From NCBI GenBank assembly GCA_028534125.1, contig CM052817.1, positions 87,794,001 to 87,858,000 of the forward strand: a DNA stretch of 64,000 bases. The letters are read 5' to 3'. The notes beneath the pieces are model-generated. The model worked only from the letters and a program-made list of their open reading frames with translations. It was not told the origin of the DNA and did no database searches. Of the stretch, positions 24,480-38,691 are shown one piece after another; the stretch's first letter is position 1, and the number at the start of each line of letters is the position of its first letter. This DNA comes from Lama glama (Eukaryota). The translations under genes were made by a program, and so were the position numbers.

Positions 24480-26345
24480 TTATCCTAGACTTCTGATAAT
24501 AAATACCCCAAACTCCTAGGAGAAAACTTGCATTCTTTCTCTGTTTCTTAAAGTTGTAAATCTTATCATGTCTTTGAGATGTAAACACCCCAGGAGATAA
24601 CTAAAACACTGCCTATTGAGACTGAAGAAAAAAAGGGGGAATGAGACTTTTTAAAATACAGCCTACTGTAGAAGTTCCCCTGCCCAAAATTCTAGTCCAT
24701 AGCCTTTATAATATAACAAATATCAATAAAAAATTTTAGCCATCTGCGTGGGTACCTGATGCATGCTTAAAGTTTTAGAATGAAAGCTATGAATTTGTGT
24801 CTGCCTAGAGGTTTATGTATGTCTATAGATGTATGTTGTATATATGTGATGTTTTTCTACCTCTAGAAGGTAGAAAAATTGCCTAACTTGATTTATAAAA
24901 GAGCTAAAGTTTTTTGTGTGTTTTACAAAATTAGTAGAAATAATAAGGATGAAAAAATGAATATATATGAAAAATAAGGAAAGTAGAATTTTTTTTTTTG
25001 AACAAGAAAAAATATGAAGGACATGGGGTAAAAAATCATTCTGTCCTAAAGTAAGTGGCTGTTCTGGAATGGAAAAAAAAAAAAAAGACAAAAGCTGGTT
25101 GAACTTTGCAGAAGGTTTGTGAAAAAAGACTGTTTACTGAGAAAGGAATTTTATGTGTAGTCATGCTAAGATTGGAATACATTTAAGGTAAAAAGAATTT
25201 TAAAAAGGAGAATTTTAACATGCACTGGTGTGGAATTTGATTTCGGTTTTCTCTCTGTTAAAACGATAAAGTTTCTTAGATTATTGGTCTGCTCTTAAGA
25301 AATTATTAATGAAAAGTTTGTGTTTGTTTTTTGTTTTTACTGTTAAAGTAATCTGCATAGAAAACAAAGACTGTGTTTTGTCTTTATCAGGTCTTTGAAC
25401 ACTTAAGAAAACTTACTCTTCTCTGTTAAAAGAGCAAAGTTTGGTTTTTGGTTTTTGTCTTTTATTTGTTTGTTTGTTTTGCAACTATTGGACTTCCTGC
25501 ATTTGCCTTTGAAGTTTCTTTAATTGTCAGTTTGGTTAAATGTATAACTAAACACTGTTTCACAGTGATGTATGAACCTACTTAATCAAATGTTTTAAAT
25601 CTTTTGATATTTTTGACAGAATTCCCCAAAATCAAAAGCTAAATGAAGTCTTACCAATCTAGAACTAACTTTGGAATTTTCCACAGGATCCTTGGAACAT
25701 CTCAAAAGATGTGTCCTCTCTCCTTATAAAAGAGAAATATCAAACTCATTAGGCTTATTTGATATGTTAAATCACATGGGAAGTATTCTCAATACAAAGT
25801 TCTACTAAACATTCCTTGGGGTATATTTGTATGAAATTCCAAAAACTCTGTTATGTCTTGGTATAATGTTATCAGCAATAATTTTATTTTTTTACATTAT
25901 TTATTGATGTATAATCATTTTACAACGTTGTGTCAAATTCCAGTGTAGAGCACAATTTTTCAGTATACATGAACATATATATATTCATTGTCACATTTTT
26001 TTCTCTGTGAGCTACCATAAGATCTTGTGTATATTTCCCTGTGCTATGCAATATAATCTTGTTTATTTATTCTACAATTTTGAAATCCCGTCTATCCCTT
26101 CCCACCCTCAGTAATAATTTTAAAATGTACATTACAGAAAAAAACAAAACTTCTTTGTTAATTGCATTATAATGAACTCTCATCAGATCTTTAAACATGG
26201 CCATTTTAATGTCTTTGGTCATTTACAGACAGTTACTGCTTTACTTTGATGCTTTTACAAAAGTGTTCCTGCAAAAATGCTTCATTTTCAACAAGATTGA
26301 TAGAAAGACTCCAATAAGTACCGGTTTCTGACAACTAAGATCAAT
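24480..26345 (+). mobile_element. Non-autonomous ERV1 (MER4-group-like) internal sequence
   Basis: cttttgatatttttgacagaattccccaaaatcaaa...aactaactttgg...attaggcttatttgatatgttaaatcacatgggaag resembles MER4-group internals; no ORF; left boundary uncertain. Confidence 0.65.
25887..26107 (-). mobile_element. Young 5'-truncated L1 3' end (camelid-type)
   Basis: T-rich tail, then ttattgatgtataatcattttacaacgttgtgtcaaattccagtgtagagcacaa; TSD tcagcaataatttta (25872-25886) / tcagtaataatttta (26108-26122). Confidence 0.85.
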
Positions 26346-26409
26346 TTACCTTCACATAGGAGGGACAATAATGGAGCTTTCAAGTGTAGCCCTATGTCAT
26401 GGGATGATA

Positions 26410-26640
26410 ATGTAAACACCAAGAGTGAGCCCTAATGTAAACTATGAGCTTTGAGTGATAATCATGTGTCAGTGTAGTTTTAACAATTATAACAAATGTA
26501 CCACTCTGGTAAGGAATGTTGATAATGAGGGAGGCTATGCTTCTGTTGGGGCAGGAGGTATATCAGAAATCTCTGTACCTTCTACTTAATTTTGCTGTGA
26601 ATCAAAAACTGCTGTTAAAAGACAAGATGTATTAAAAATC
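26410..26640 (+). mobile_element. L1MC1-like 3' end
   Basis: caccaagagtgagccctaatgtaaactatg...aacaaatgtaccactctgg...gaaatctctgtaccttctacttaattttgctgtgaa; an older L1 endonuclease-region remnant follows at ~26660-26950. Confidence 0.85.
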
Positions 26641-28299
26641 ACTAAAGATATAAACCATATGAAAAACAAAATAACAAGCTTGATCTGATGTTTAATATCT
26701 CTCTTTTATAATACACAGGAATAAAATGTGTAGTGAATAGCTGAAGAATGCACTCTTTATATACAAAGAGCATTTTAGAATGTTGACAACATACAGAGTC
26801 ATAAAACAAACAGCAAATGTCAAAGGCTTGAAATCACAGAGATCTGACTCTCAACTACAATGTGATTAAGCAAAATATCAGTTCCAATCGTAGTTCCATC
26901 CCCATCAAACACATATAGTGTTTGGAGATTAAGATCCATACTTGAGGAATTCATATAAACACATTCTCTCTTTTCTCATTTCAATTTAAAATGTATGCAT
27001 AAAGGAAGCAGAAGTACAAATACAGGATTTATGCTGCTTATAATTTCTATGGTTTTTCTTTTTCCTTTATTATAATTTCATTTTTTATCTTAAATTCCCT
27101 TGTGTACCACAAGTATGGATGTTTTGCACGTTTGTTGTCTCATTTTGTCTTTAACTTATCTTACTAATTAACATATTGCTTTATGCTTTTATTAAAAAAA
27201 TTGGAGCTTTGCAAGCTAAACATAAAATATATTTGAGAAGAGGTTTTTATAAAAATATTTTCATCATATGCGATGAGCAATTCTTCTATAAGTTACAAGT
27301 CTCTATTCTTTATTTTCTTTCTTAAAAAAATTATTCTTTGTGCATTTTTCAAAAAGTAACATTAGCTTTTTTTTTTTTAAGCTTCAGCCATATGCCATTA
27401 ATTCTCATTGAGGTTAGTTTTTAGCCAGGATCATATTAAAGTATTGATTTTAGATGTTACCTTATTATCTTGCCAGATGGCATGAGAGTGAAATCTCATC
27501 TTGGGATCTTAAAAAATGAAATAACCTATTTTCCAGAAATAGAAAGCTGTTGCATGAGGATGCTCTTTATAGATGTTTAATTTCCTATGGTGTAAAAACA
27601 TAAACAAGAAAATACAGTTTGACACTACTAATAATAAAATATTTTAAATGCATCCCTGTCAAAAGCTATGTGATAAGGTTGAAGTGATATTGATACTGCA
27701 CATTGTAGCAGTCAGAAGCTTAAAAACATAAATAATAATATTTACCATAGAATAACAAAGTGAATTAGACTATCAGTTTAATATGGCATTGGCTTCAAGA
27801 CCCTTCAGAGATTTTTTTAAAACTTTTACCTAAATACACAGAAATAAAGATACAAATATGACCCAGGTTACGATTGATGTCATGCCAGAATCTATCCAGT
27901 ATTTTCCTTTAATATAAGAAAGGAGTTGACTATCGACATAAAATAGACACATACTAATTAATCCCTTAATAGGAGAGTATTTTTTCTCTGTGTGTTTGTG
28001 ATCAGAGGTTAATGTATCAGATTCTAATTACCTTAAAATTAGTTTCTTAACTTAAAGGAATGCACAGTTACTTACTGCTGCTGTTTTCTGTATTTTAAGA
28101 TTCTGAACAGAAAAGAGTAAGAAAAAGTGGTAACTCATGCACCATAATGGGTGCTTAAGTTCTTGGATATATAGTGTTCCAAAGTAAAATAGAGACAGCA
28201 TGTTTGAAGTCTACATTTTTATCAGTTCAAATTATCAGAAAATTTTAAAAATCCACTTCTGTGAAGTAGAGACACCTTAATATCTTATATTCTCCAAGA

Positions 28300-28460
28300 A
28301 AATGCTTATAAGGTACCAGGTACTGTCAACTCTGATTAAATTAACGCAGTTACTCCTCACAACAAATTTATAAATTAGGTACTACTGCTATCACTGGTGT
28401 ACAAGTGGGAAAGTTTCAGTAAAGTTTCCATAATTTGTCCAAGGTCTCACAACTCATATA
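28300..28460 (-). mobile_element. MIR fragment
   Basis: actcctcacaacaaa...taggtactactgctatc...taatttgtccaaggtctcacaact. Confidence 0.65.
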
Positions 28461-29709
28461 GATTCTTTTTGAATACAGGGAATTAATGTTTCGGTGCAAA
28501 TCAAACTATTGTCCAACAGTAGATCTGATGTAGAAATACAGCCAGCATCCAAGTAAACTGAGAATAGAGCTATGATGAAACAAAATAGACCAGCTATTAG
28601 CAAAAGTGTGTCTGAATATAAAAATATATATGAAGAGAAGGAGATTTTCATTAGAGTATCCCTCTGGAAATGTATATAACAGAAGATCACTTAAAATTGG
28701 TGGCATCCATTTGGAGGTACAAGAAAACATAGCCTTTTAGAAACAACATAAAGATCATAATAACAAAATCAAAAGCCTTAATAAACTAGAAAATGCTCTA
28801 ATTTAATAACTATACAATTTATCATTATATTTAGCTATGATATTTTAAGTAATATCCCAGGTGTCATTGAAATAATAGCATTTTCTTTCTTTTCCTACAG
28901 CTCACATTTATTCATAATATTGATGCTTTGGGATGTTTCTCTCTGAGTTATAAAACACTGCATAGTATCATTTAAAAATTCTGGATTAATTGTTATTAAG
29001 TTGATAAATTTTGGTATTAGATATTTCAAAAGATTATTATTGATTAATACAAGAGATAAATTAATTCTAAATAACCAACCCTTTAAAAATACTAGTAACT
29101 TTGAACTACCCACAGCAGTCATCTGTTAACAACACTGTTTTTGTAGGCAATATTTAGAGAAACAGGTAAACATTATCACTCATATTTTTCCCTTTCTAAT
29201 TTGCTTCCTTATCATATACCCTTGAACTTGGTCATCAGAGAGATCTGCTTACTCAGTTGTATAACTTCCCATACATTTCTTAATCATTCTTATCTTCAGC
29301 TTTCTCATCTCTAAAATGCCTTTTCTTCTTAAATCACTGGCCTGTAATCCTCACTAAATAATACAATAGGAGTGATTTGAGATCCGGAGGCCCTCACTTG
29401 TCTCTATCCAAGGAAAGCAGTGATAGATCCTTAGAGTAGTCTATGTGAGGAGATCTTTGGATTCCTCAAAGTGGAGCATCTATAAAGTAAACATTTGTTA
29501 TCTCTGTAAAAGTGAGTACTTCTCATGGGATTTTATTAGGCTTAAAGAAAAATCTTCCTACCAGGATAAGAACTGGCAAAGGTGGGAGACAATCCTATCT
29601 TTATGGTACATGAACATAAACTAAAGGATAGAATAGGCTTTAGAATTCATACAGGTTAGATCTGATATTTTACATCAGAAGAAAAGAAGCTAATGAAAAT
29701 AATGTTATT

Positions 29710-29910
29710 AAACACTTATTATATGTTAACCAATATGTAATCTCATTTTCCCCTCAAATAAATAAAAGAAACACAAAGATATACGATTGTTATTATTCCA
29801 TATTTGCACATGATAAAATTGATGCACAAAGAGGTTAAGAACTTGCCCATGAAAGCACAACTAGTAAGTGGGGGAGTATGATTTAGATGCCTACTGCTGT
29901 TATCCAGTCT
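29710..29910 (-). mobile_element. MIR fragment
   Basis: ttattattccatatttgcacatgataaaattgatgcacaaagaggttaagaacttgccca. Confidence 0.7.
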
Positions 29911-29946
29911 GCACTTTCCCTAATAGATGGAGTAAGCAACAGTGCA

Positions 29947-30004
29947 ACATACATACATATATATATATATGTATGTATGTATATATATGCATATATATAT
30001 ATAT
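29947..30004. repeat. Compound (ACAT)n/(AT)n/(GTAT)n microsatellite
   Basis: acatacatacatatatatatatatgtatgtatgtatatatatgcatatatatatatat. Confidence 0.9.
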
Positions 30005-31269
30005 GAATGACAACAATATTCAGAAGTTTTAGGATACAATGCCATCAATACATAAGTATGATAACTTATTCAAGAACAAGAGTAAAATTTTTTCAGTGAT
30101 AGGAGTGAAAGACTAAGAGTCTAGAGATGCAATTGAGATCATTTAAATTATTTTTATCCCTAATGAAAAGGAAAAAGAAAAAAACAGTATTCCTGATGAG
30201 AAAACGTAACAAATAAAAGAGGAATGAGGTCAAGGTTGAACTACAAATAAATGTGAGTATAGTTGAGAATAATGCACTAGGTCATAAAAAAACTAAAGCT
30301 TAAGGGTTGAGCAATAAAGAGTATGCTCATTTGAAAAACAGGGACTAAGCAAATTCAAACAATCAAGAGTTTGGAATCAAGATAGGAAATCTGAATATTT
30401 TGCCCTCTTATAAATTTTCTGTCCTTTAAACCTCATTTATCTAGCTAACTTTTGCTCATGCTTTAGACTCGGGTTATATGTCATATCCCTAGGTCAGATT
30501 TCCTTGTAACTGATTCCATTGAATATTTTTGTTTAGTAAACTTACCACAGCTGTAATTAAATAAGCCTTTGTATAATTAAATAAACCTTTGGGAAATTAC
30601 ATTTTTAAAAATTCTCTTTTTTTCCAGTCTAGTCTGTATGCTTATTAGGGAAAGAGTTATCCATATAGCATTGGATCATGTTTTTTTAGCTTAGCGCTAG
30701 CCTGACACATTATACATCCAAAAACATTATTTGCTGAAAACTGGAAAGATCACATAAGAAAAGTAGAGGACAAAAATATTTTTAAAACTGACAGATAATA
30801 GCATCTAATATCTGTTGAGTGCTTTCACTGGATTGGGCATTGTTTCACAAACCTGTAAGTACCAGAGGGGACCATTTTAATCTCATAATGCAGATTAGGA
30901 AACAGGTGAAGTAGCAATTCATTGCAGGCAGTCTGTCCAAGGAGAATGACTTTTGAAAAATAGTGCTGTACTGTTTCTGAGCCATGCAACTCTTAAGGAG
31001 AATGATTGGGCTTTTTAGGCTCTATATAACTGGATTAAAAAAAAAAACAAGTAAGAATTTTATTCTCTGTCCAGTGCCATCCTCTATATATAGGGGAGTG
31101 TCATTATTCAACTTGCCTATTATTAATATATTATTCTAGTTAAAATTTTGTGGCATATATGTTGGAGTAATTAGTCAGGAACTTATAATATGGTAGTGGT
31201 CATGGCTGTGTTTAAAAGTGGTTGAATATAAAAATACTTACAAATGGTTCAGGGTTGGGAATTTCTTGT

Positions 31270-32220
31270 ATTTAGATGATAAGAGAAAGAAAGAGGAGTA
31301 AAAATGTCCACTTTAGGCAATTGAATATATGCTACTGTCTTTCACTGTGATCATGAAAGAAGCAGGCGCTGGTTGGCTGGGAAATAATGAGCTTAGAATT
31401 ATGCATACTGAGTGTCTAGAGCTTGTGCAACATCTAAGTATAGATGCTCCTGGCAGATCGATATATGTCTGAAGTTATGAAGACATTTCTGGACTGGAAA
31501 TAGTATTTATGAATCCTCAGAGTATACATTAAAGTTGAGCCTTGGGAAAAAAAGAGAAAAAAAGAAGCTTGCGCAAGGTTAATCTGTGGGCAGGTAAGAA
31601 AAAGGGAAAGCATCCCATAGAGGATACTAAAAATCAAATAAAAAAATGAAATAAATAACAAAATAAAATAGAAGAGCTGGAATTTACTCTGAACAGGAAA
31701 CTGAATAGAATCATAGAAGCATGAAGAAGATCAAGCAAAAGGGGGAGAGTGTGTTTTCTCAGAAGCAAAAGGAAGGGAATTATTCAAGGGAAAACTAAAC
31801 ACATATATGTACAAGAGCCTTGTGATTAAAGTGAAAACAACCATTAATCAAGTCAAAGGAAAGCAGCAAAATACTTGGGAGATATTTAAACATTTGAGGC
31901 CAAAATAGTGAAAAAATATGGAAAAATGAGTGGGTGTAAATTGTTCCCATTTTATTTTGTTTATTTTTTGAAAAGAATACATTTACCTAGAGAATGTTTT
32001 TATCACTTTTTAAATTAAATATAGAAAAGGTCAATAAATGGACCCAATTAATTGGATTTTGAAGCAAGAGTATGTTGTTAACTTTGACAGTGGCAGTTTT
32101 AATGCTTTAGCTGGGAGCAGAGGGCAGAACACTGGGTGGAGGAGTGATGGAATGGTGGGGAATGAGATCTCAGTAGTGGAGGTAACATTTCAAGAAGGTA
32201 AGCGTGAAATGGAAAGAGAT
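31270..32220 (-). mobile_element. LINE-2 (L2c-like) fragments
   Basis: aggcaattgaatatatgctactgtctttcactg...caacatctaagtatagatg...ctggactggaaatagtatttatgaatcctcag; actttgacagtggcagttttaatg. Confidence 0.6.
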
Positions 32221-32382
32221 GGAGAAACATGCAGATAAAATTTCCTAAAATTAGTGAGATATTTGGACTTCTGTTCATTCCTGTAGATTACAAGCACGAA
32301 GAACAAAATTAATTGGTTTTGAAAACACAGTTTCCGAAGTTACATACAAACGTGTGTGTGTGTGTGTAAATCTCTTTATCTA

Positions 32383-34259
32383 GGAAATTAAGGAAATGAT
32401 ACCATTTACTATCATGCCAAAAAGAATAAAATACCTAGGAATAAACCTACCCAAGGAGGCAAAAGACCTGTATGCCAAAAACTGTAAGATACTGATGAAG
32501 GGAATTGAAGACAACATAAACAAATGGAAAGTTATACCATGTTCTTGGAGTAATCAATATTGTTAAAATGGCCATACTGCCCAAGGCAATTTACAGATTG
32601 AATGCAGTCCCTGTCAAATTACCAACAACATTCTCCACAAAGCTGGAACAAAAAAATGTTAAAATTTGTATGGAAACACCAAAGACCCTGAATAGCCAAA
32701 AATAATCTTGAAAAATAAGAATGGAGCTGGAAGGATCATGCTCCTTGACTTCAGACTATACTACAAAGCTACAGTAATCAAAGCAGTATTGTACTGGCAC
32801 AAAAATAGACACATAGATCAATGGAACAGGATAGAAAGTTCAGAAATAAACCCACACACATATTATCAGTTAATCTATGACAAAGAAGGCAAGAATATAC
32901 AATGGAGAAAAGAGAGTCTCTTCAATAAATGGTGCTGGGAAAACTGGACAGCTACCTGTAAAAGACTGAAATTAGAACATTCTCTAACACCATGTACAAA
33001 AATAAACTCAAAATGGATTAAAGACTTAAATATAAGATCAGATACTACAAAACTCCTAGAGGAAAACACAGGCAGAACACTCTTGGACATAAATCACAAT
33101 ATATTTTTTGAACTAGCTCCTGGAGTAATAGAAATAAAAGCAAAAATAAATAAATGGGACCTAATTAAATTTAAAAGCTTTTGCACAACTAAGGATACCA
33201 TCAAAAAAATGAAAAGACAACCTGCAGAATGAGAGAAAATATTTGCAAATGATGCAACAGACACAGGACTAATTTCCAAAATATATAAACAGCTCATACA
33301 CCTTAATATCAAAGAAGCAAACAACCCAATCCAAAAATGAGCAGATACTTAAACAAGCAGTTCACCAATGAATACATACAAATGTCCAATAGGCACATGA
33401 AAAAATACTCAGCATCACTAATTGTCAGAGAAATGCAGATCAAAACTACAATGAGATACCACCTCACACCAGCCAGAATGGCCATTATTAAAAAGTTTGC
33501 TAATGATAGTTGCTGGAAAGGGTACGGAGGAAAAGGAACCCTTCTACACTGTTAGTGGGAGTGTAGATTGGTGCAGCCACTATGGAGGACAGTATGGAAG
33601 TTCCTTAAAAAACTGAAAATAGACTTAACATGTGATACAGCAATCCCACTCCTGGGCATATATCCAGAGAAAATAAAATTCAAAAAGACACATGCACCCC
33701 AATGTTCATAGCAGCACTATCTACAATAGCCAAGACGTGAAAACAACCCAAATGTCCAACAGATGACTAGATAAAGAAGATGTGGTACATATATACAATG
33801 GAACACTACCCAGCCATAAAAAAAGAATAAAATAATGCCATATGGATGGACCTGTAGATGGTCATTCCAAGTGGGCCAGAAAGAGAAAGAAAAATGCCAT
33901 ATGACATCATTTATATAAGGAATCTAAAAAATAATAATGACACAAATGAACTACTTATTTATAACTTAGATGATTGATTTCTTGAATATATATAAGCACA
34001 TTTGACTATCCTTTATGATTGGATTACTGAATTCTGTTGATTCTTATTTTGTAGTTGGCTCTATTCCTTTGATAACTATGTTTAAAAAGCTAAACCTCTA
34101 ATCTATTCTTAAAAACAATGATCAGTGCATATATGTAAATTTTTAAAAATGTGCATTATACTGTATATATATATTTACAAGCAATATAATGTATATGTGC
34201 AGTTGAACTGTAATAATACTACCTAACAAAGCTGAAAAAGAAAAAAAAGAAAGAAAAAA
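32383..34259 (+). mobile_element. 5'-truncated LINE-1 (ORF2 C-terminal part, 3'UTR, poly-A)
   Basis: ORF 32708-33232 is ORF2 ([41 protein letters not shown]), followed by [19 protein letters not shown]; stops and frameshifts; A tail 34235-34259; no TSD recognised. Confidence 0.95.
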
Positions 34260-34572
34260 TGGCCACGGGTTGAGGCAAGTAATATAAATAAGTGCAGTGG
34301 GCTGGGTGTATGAGGATAGAGTGTGTGTGCTGAGGGTGAGGCCGGGAGCAGTGATGATCTAGAGAGGTATGCCCTGCATGAAGGGGGCAGCTGCTAGTCG
34401 ATGTCACCACTGCCAAATATTAGGAGCCTACAAGAAACGTCTGAATTCTCGATTTTTGTATGAAATACCCTGGTTTCAAAAATATTTTTAACTAATTAAG
34501 ATTATTTTAGAATTCTCTGAAGACAGGCTAAACCATGTTTGAATCCAGCCTACAGGGCAGTAGTTTATAAAC
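34260..34572 (+). mobile_element. MER102-like hAT-Charlie element
   Basis: aggcaagtaatataaataagtgcagtgggctgggtg...aagggggcagctgcta...gatttttgtatgaaataccctggttt. Confidence 0.7.
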
Positions 34573-34701
34573 AGTACTACAGAATCTTGTGGAATTTCTT
34601 CTACATTTGCAGAACGATGTTAAGAACTGTAAGTGCCCTGGTAGCTATGAAATCTACCTTCCTTGGTTTATGGATGTGGAAGCTAAAGACAAAGTGACGA
34701 C

Positions 34702-35143
34702 TGTGATAGCTTCAGTGATTGGTCATGCACACCCATGCCGTAGCCTCCTAGTAATGAAGTGGACTTCCCTCCCCTTTCAATTTAAGTTTGGTTTGTGTTT
34801 AGCTTTGGCCAGTTATTTGGCAGACAGACATGACACCAGGACCCGAAATGAGCTTGTCCTGGTTGAACTTGCCCTTTTGCATTCCTGCCTTTGGCCTTGG
34901 GTCAGATGTGCTTTAGGGAATGCTGGCCCAAGGAGAATGAGCGACCCATGGAGCAGACCTGGACTCAAATGATAGCTTGTAGCCAAGCCCAGATGAAGTC
35001 AGCCAAGATCAGCCAAACCCCAGCCAACCTGCATATGCAGGTTCTTAAGTATGAAATAAATGCTTCTTGTTTTAATCCAGTGAAAATACATGTGTGTGTG
35101 TGTGTGTGTATGTGTGTGTGTTTCACATAGCAATAGCTAACTA
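34702..35143 (+). mobile_element. MLT1I-like MaLR LTR with an internal (TG)n
   Basis: cccaaggagaatgagcgacccatggagcagacctggac...agccaagcccag...aataaatgcttcttgttttaa...catagcaatagctaacta. Confidence 0.8.
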
Positions 35144-36600
35144 TAGAAAGAGACTTTCTCAAGATTACACAGTAAGTAGATGGCAGAATCAGGATTAAGT
35201 CAGGGCTCCAAATCCCTGGACCAGTACATTTTCTACTCTATTGTGCTCTTCAATGCTGGTGATCTTCAGTCTGTCACTTTCTCCTTATTTCACATAGCCT
35301 GCCTATTTGTCACATTAAGCCAACCATATGGGCTTGATCTTTCAGTCTTTGTAAGATTTTCTTGCATGGATGATATAGGTCTCTGTGTCCACCTACCAGA
35401 GTTTCGAATGCAGCTTCCAGATTCCCTCAAAGATAAATGAAAATAATGTAGCTTGATTTGTGATTAGACAATTAGGATTTGCATAACCAGAATTTGAATG
35501 TATAGAAAAATTAAACCAATCTCTGTGTAAGATGGAGTTGTTTAGAATTACCACTAATTTAATTGAGGTTGCTTAAATGCCTTGTAATTGGTATGATTGT
35601 TGCCAGTTGCTCAGATTTTCAACAAGTTAATCAGAACCCACTCAGCAATTTCTCACTTCAAATCAGTTAAACTGTAAAATAAATTCCCTTTCTTTCAAGA
35701 AAGTCTTATGGTTTGGATTTTACTTTATTTACAGTTAAGCTTTTACTGCATTCTAATCCACTGGTCCAGAAAAAATTCAAATAGTTTAGTTCTTTTTTTT
35801 CTTTAATTCTTTATTTTTCCCTTCAGTAATGGATTCTATGAAAGTTATTCCCTCTTTCACACTGCCAAGAATAATATTGACCTCCTAGAGGTTGTGGTTG
35901 GATATAAATTATTACATACATACTTACATATACATACTTACAACAGTGCCAGACACTAAGAGTAAAATCTCACTATTAGCAATTTTTTAAATTCTTATTG
36001 TTATTATAATCTGCTATTAGGTTTACCACTATTGAGATATATATATGTGTGTGTGTGTGTTTGTGTATACATATGTCTTGAGAGTATTCCGCTGATGAGT
36101 TTTGGTACCTGGCAATGAAATAAATTTCCTATCAAGCATGAAAATTATGTGGGCTTGAAAAGTTTTCTGGCTGTGATTCTAAGTGACGTTCATGACCCAC
36201 TAATTTAAGTGATGTCAATTACCTATCTGAGGTGATTTGAGTGACAGAAAAGAAACATGAGAATCTGAAAATTGTCACTTGAAGAATTTGAAAGAAATAT
36301 CTTCCCCTGAGAGAGGACAGTACTTCTGACACTTTAATGTGCACACAAATTTCATAATGATGTTGTGAAAGTGTAAATTTGGATTCTGTCCATCTAGGAT
36401 GGTGTGTAAGATTCTTCACTTCTGAAAAAAAGAAAAATCTATTTACCTAATTGCCAGGGACAGCATTTTTCTGGAAGAAGAAACTTCCTTTTGCTGCTTC
36501 TACAAAACATGCTATCCTGTGTAAAATAAGAATCAATGCCTTTTACTTGGAAGAATGAACAAAGAAACTAATGTTTATCACTTAATTTCCATCTATCTGA

Positions 36601-37000
36601 TGTTAGCAGGAAATAAAAATTTTTCACTTTACTTGTTTAGGATTAGTGATTGGGGGCCTATGAATTAACTATCAAAGTTCAAAAGACGCAGTAATAGGAG
36701 AAAAACAAAGTTTATTCTTGTATGTGTGAGTACACCGGAAGTGGCTCCCTGGACAGCTAGAGTCAAGAGTTTATATATCGTCTTAGAAGAGGGACTAAAG
36801 ACTTTAGGGGAAATCGAATGGTGGGAAACTAATGAGAGACAAGTGAGGGGAAACAAGAGAAAGGTTTAGAAAGTTCTGTGTATGTAATTTCTCATGTGGG
36901 TAGAATCGATCTGTCTCCTTTCTGGCTGTAAACCTTTTGGAGAGGGGATTTATGATGGCAATATTTTGGGAGGGCTTTGTTTAAGTTAGCAAAAAATGTT
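36601..37000 (-). mobile_element. ERV1-class LTR fragment
   Basis: tgttagcaggaaataaaaatttttc...taataggagaaaaacaaagtttatt (minus-strand AATAAA) and tttatat (minus TATA-like); right boundary uncertain. Confidence 0.55.
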
Positions 37001-37574
37001 TATACTGTTTTTTTCCCCGTGGCTGCTGTTTTTGCCACTTGGTAGGTCCAAGTGGATCCCATCACTGAGATGCTTAATAGTTTATATACCTCAAATTTGT
37101 GCTCTCTCATTTCTTTTTTTTGCAATACGAGAGTTAAGATAGTTCAATATTGTTTATTTCTTTGTACATTTTTAAGAAGTTTTTAATGGCTTCTTATTTA
37201 ATTTATAATTAACTTCATTCTCTTTTCTGTTCAATTAAGCAGAACACAATTTGACTAAAACTAAAATTTATTGTTCCCAATTCTCAACTTCAACCATTTT
37301 CAGACTGTATGTTCTAGTTACAAAAAGCAATGAATAACAGTGCCAACATCAATACTCTTCATGTGTTAATCTATAATTTTAAAATTATTCTTTCTGTCTG
37401 TATTAAACTTCCTTTCAAATCCTTCTCAAGGAAAAGCTTATATGAGAAAATGTACAAAAAGTAAAACCTGCCATGTGTTCAATAGATCTACAGAAAGATT
37501 TCGATGCTTGTGTTCAATTTGAGGCTTTTACTTGCATTCATATTTGTAGTTAAAAGACTAGTCTATGGGATATT

Positions 37575-37790
37575 TATTTAAGGGTTCCAACCCTGGTTCT
37601 AATTTAATGGTGTAAATTCTAGTAAGTGATTTTAATGGTTGCTTCAATGTCCTCATCTGTAAAATGATGATCATATTAGTACCTATCTCATACCATTATT
37701 ATGAGGATTAAATGAGAAAATTTATATAAAATATTTAGGATAATTCTTGGCAAAGATAAATACTTAGTAAATATTAGACATTATTATGTC
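37575..37790 (+). mobile_element. MIR
   Basis: cctcatctgtaaaatgatgatcatattagtacctatctcataccattattatgaggattaaatgagaaaat. Confidence 0.85.
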
Positions 37791-38691
37791 ATGTAAATTA
37801 TTGACTCTTAAGGACTAATACCTTATTTTCTTCTGTTTTTATTCATCATATAAGACAGCCCTATAAATCCATCTGACATTATTAAAAGATCATGACCTAT
37901 TAAAAGATTTATTCACATAAGAAACTCATCAAATTCTTAACTTTGAAGAAATAGTCCAATTACAAAAACCTTTGAAAATGATAAAAATGTATAAAATTTT
38001 AGGCTTAAATTTTTGTACATTTAGAAATAACATATTCCAAGTCTACAACAAGTTTTGAAAGGGGATCCTGAAATAATTATAGAAATAATATAAATTCCTT
38101 AAACATCGAAGTTTTGGAATAACAACATGCTATAATTGAGGGCAATGAACTATATTGCAATGTGAATTACATTTAGATTCTGCTAATTTGCTTAACTTCA
38201 TGTAAAAAATGTGAAATTATATTGAGGAGGAAAAATTAAAGTGTAACTTTTTTTCCTACAGTTACAGATAGTTTTCAAAACAAATTCATACTTTAAAAAT
38301 ATTCTCAAGTTGTCTGTAAAACCATTAGAAAATATTTTTCAAATATCAGTTAACTTTAAAATGTATTTCTAAGAATACATTGATAATGTAATTGCAAATT
38401 ATTTCTATTCCTTTGTTTTTCCTAAGATACTTCAGTTTCTATAAATACTTTAAAATAATAAAATAATGTTTTTATTATTAATAACATGTAAGTTAGAGTG
38501 CACTTTCAGGGACTAGTTCAACTAATGTTCAATACAAAGGGATAAGCATAAAAAGTTGCTTAAAACAAAAATGTGATACAATTAAATAGTATTTATTTAT
38601 TATTTTTAGTAATTACTGAATGAGGTTTAAGTGTGTGGTTTTAATTTTTTAATTTTGATATCAATAGCATTAAAACATATATACATATTTG

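Noticed and set aside
32708..33232. 174-aa ORF as a host gene or active L1
   Set aside because: Fragment of L1 ORF2 in a 5'-truncated, frameshifted copy
34589..34972. 127-aa ORF
   Set aside because: GTG start, mostly within an MLT1I-like LTR, no protein features
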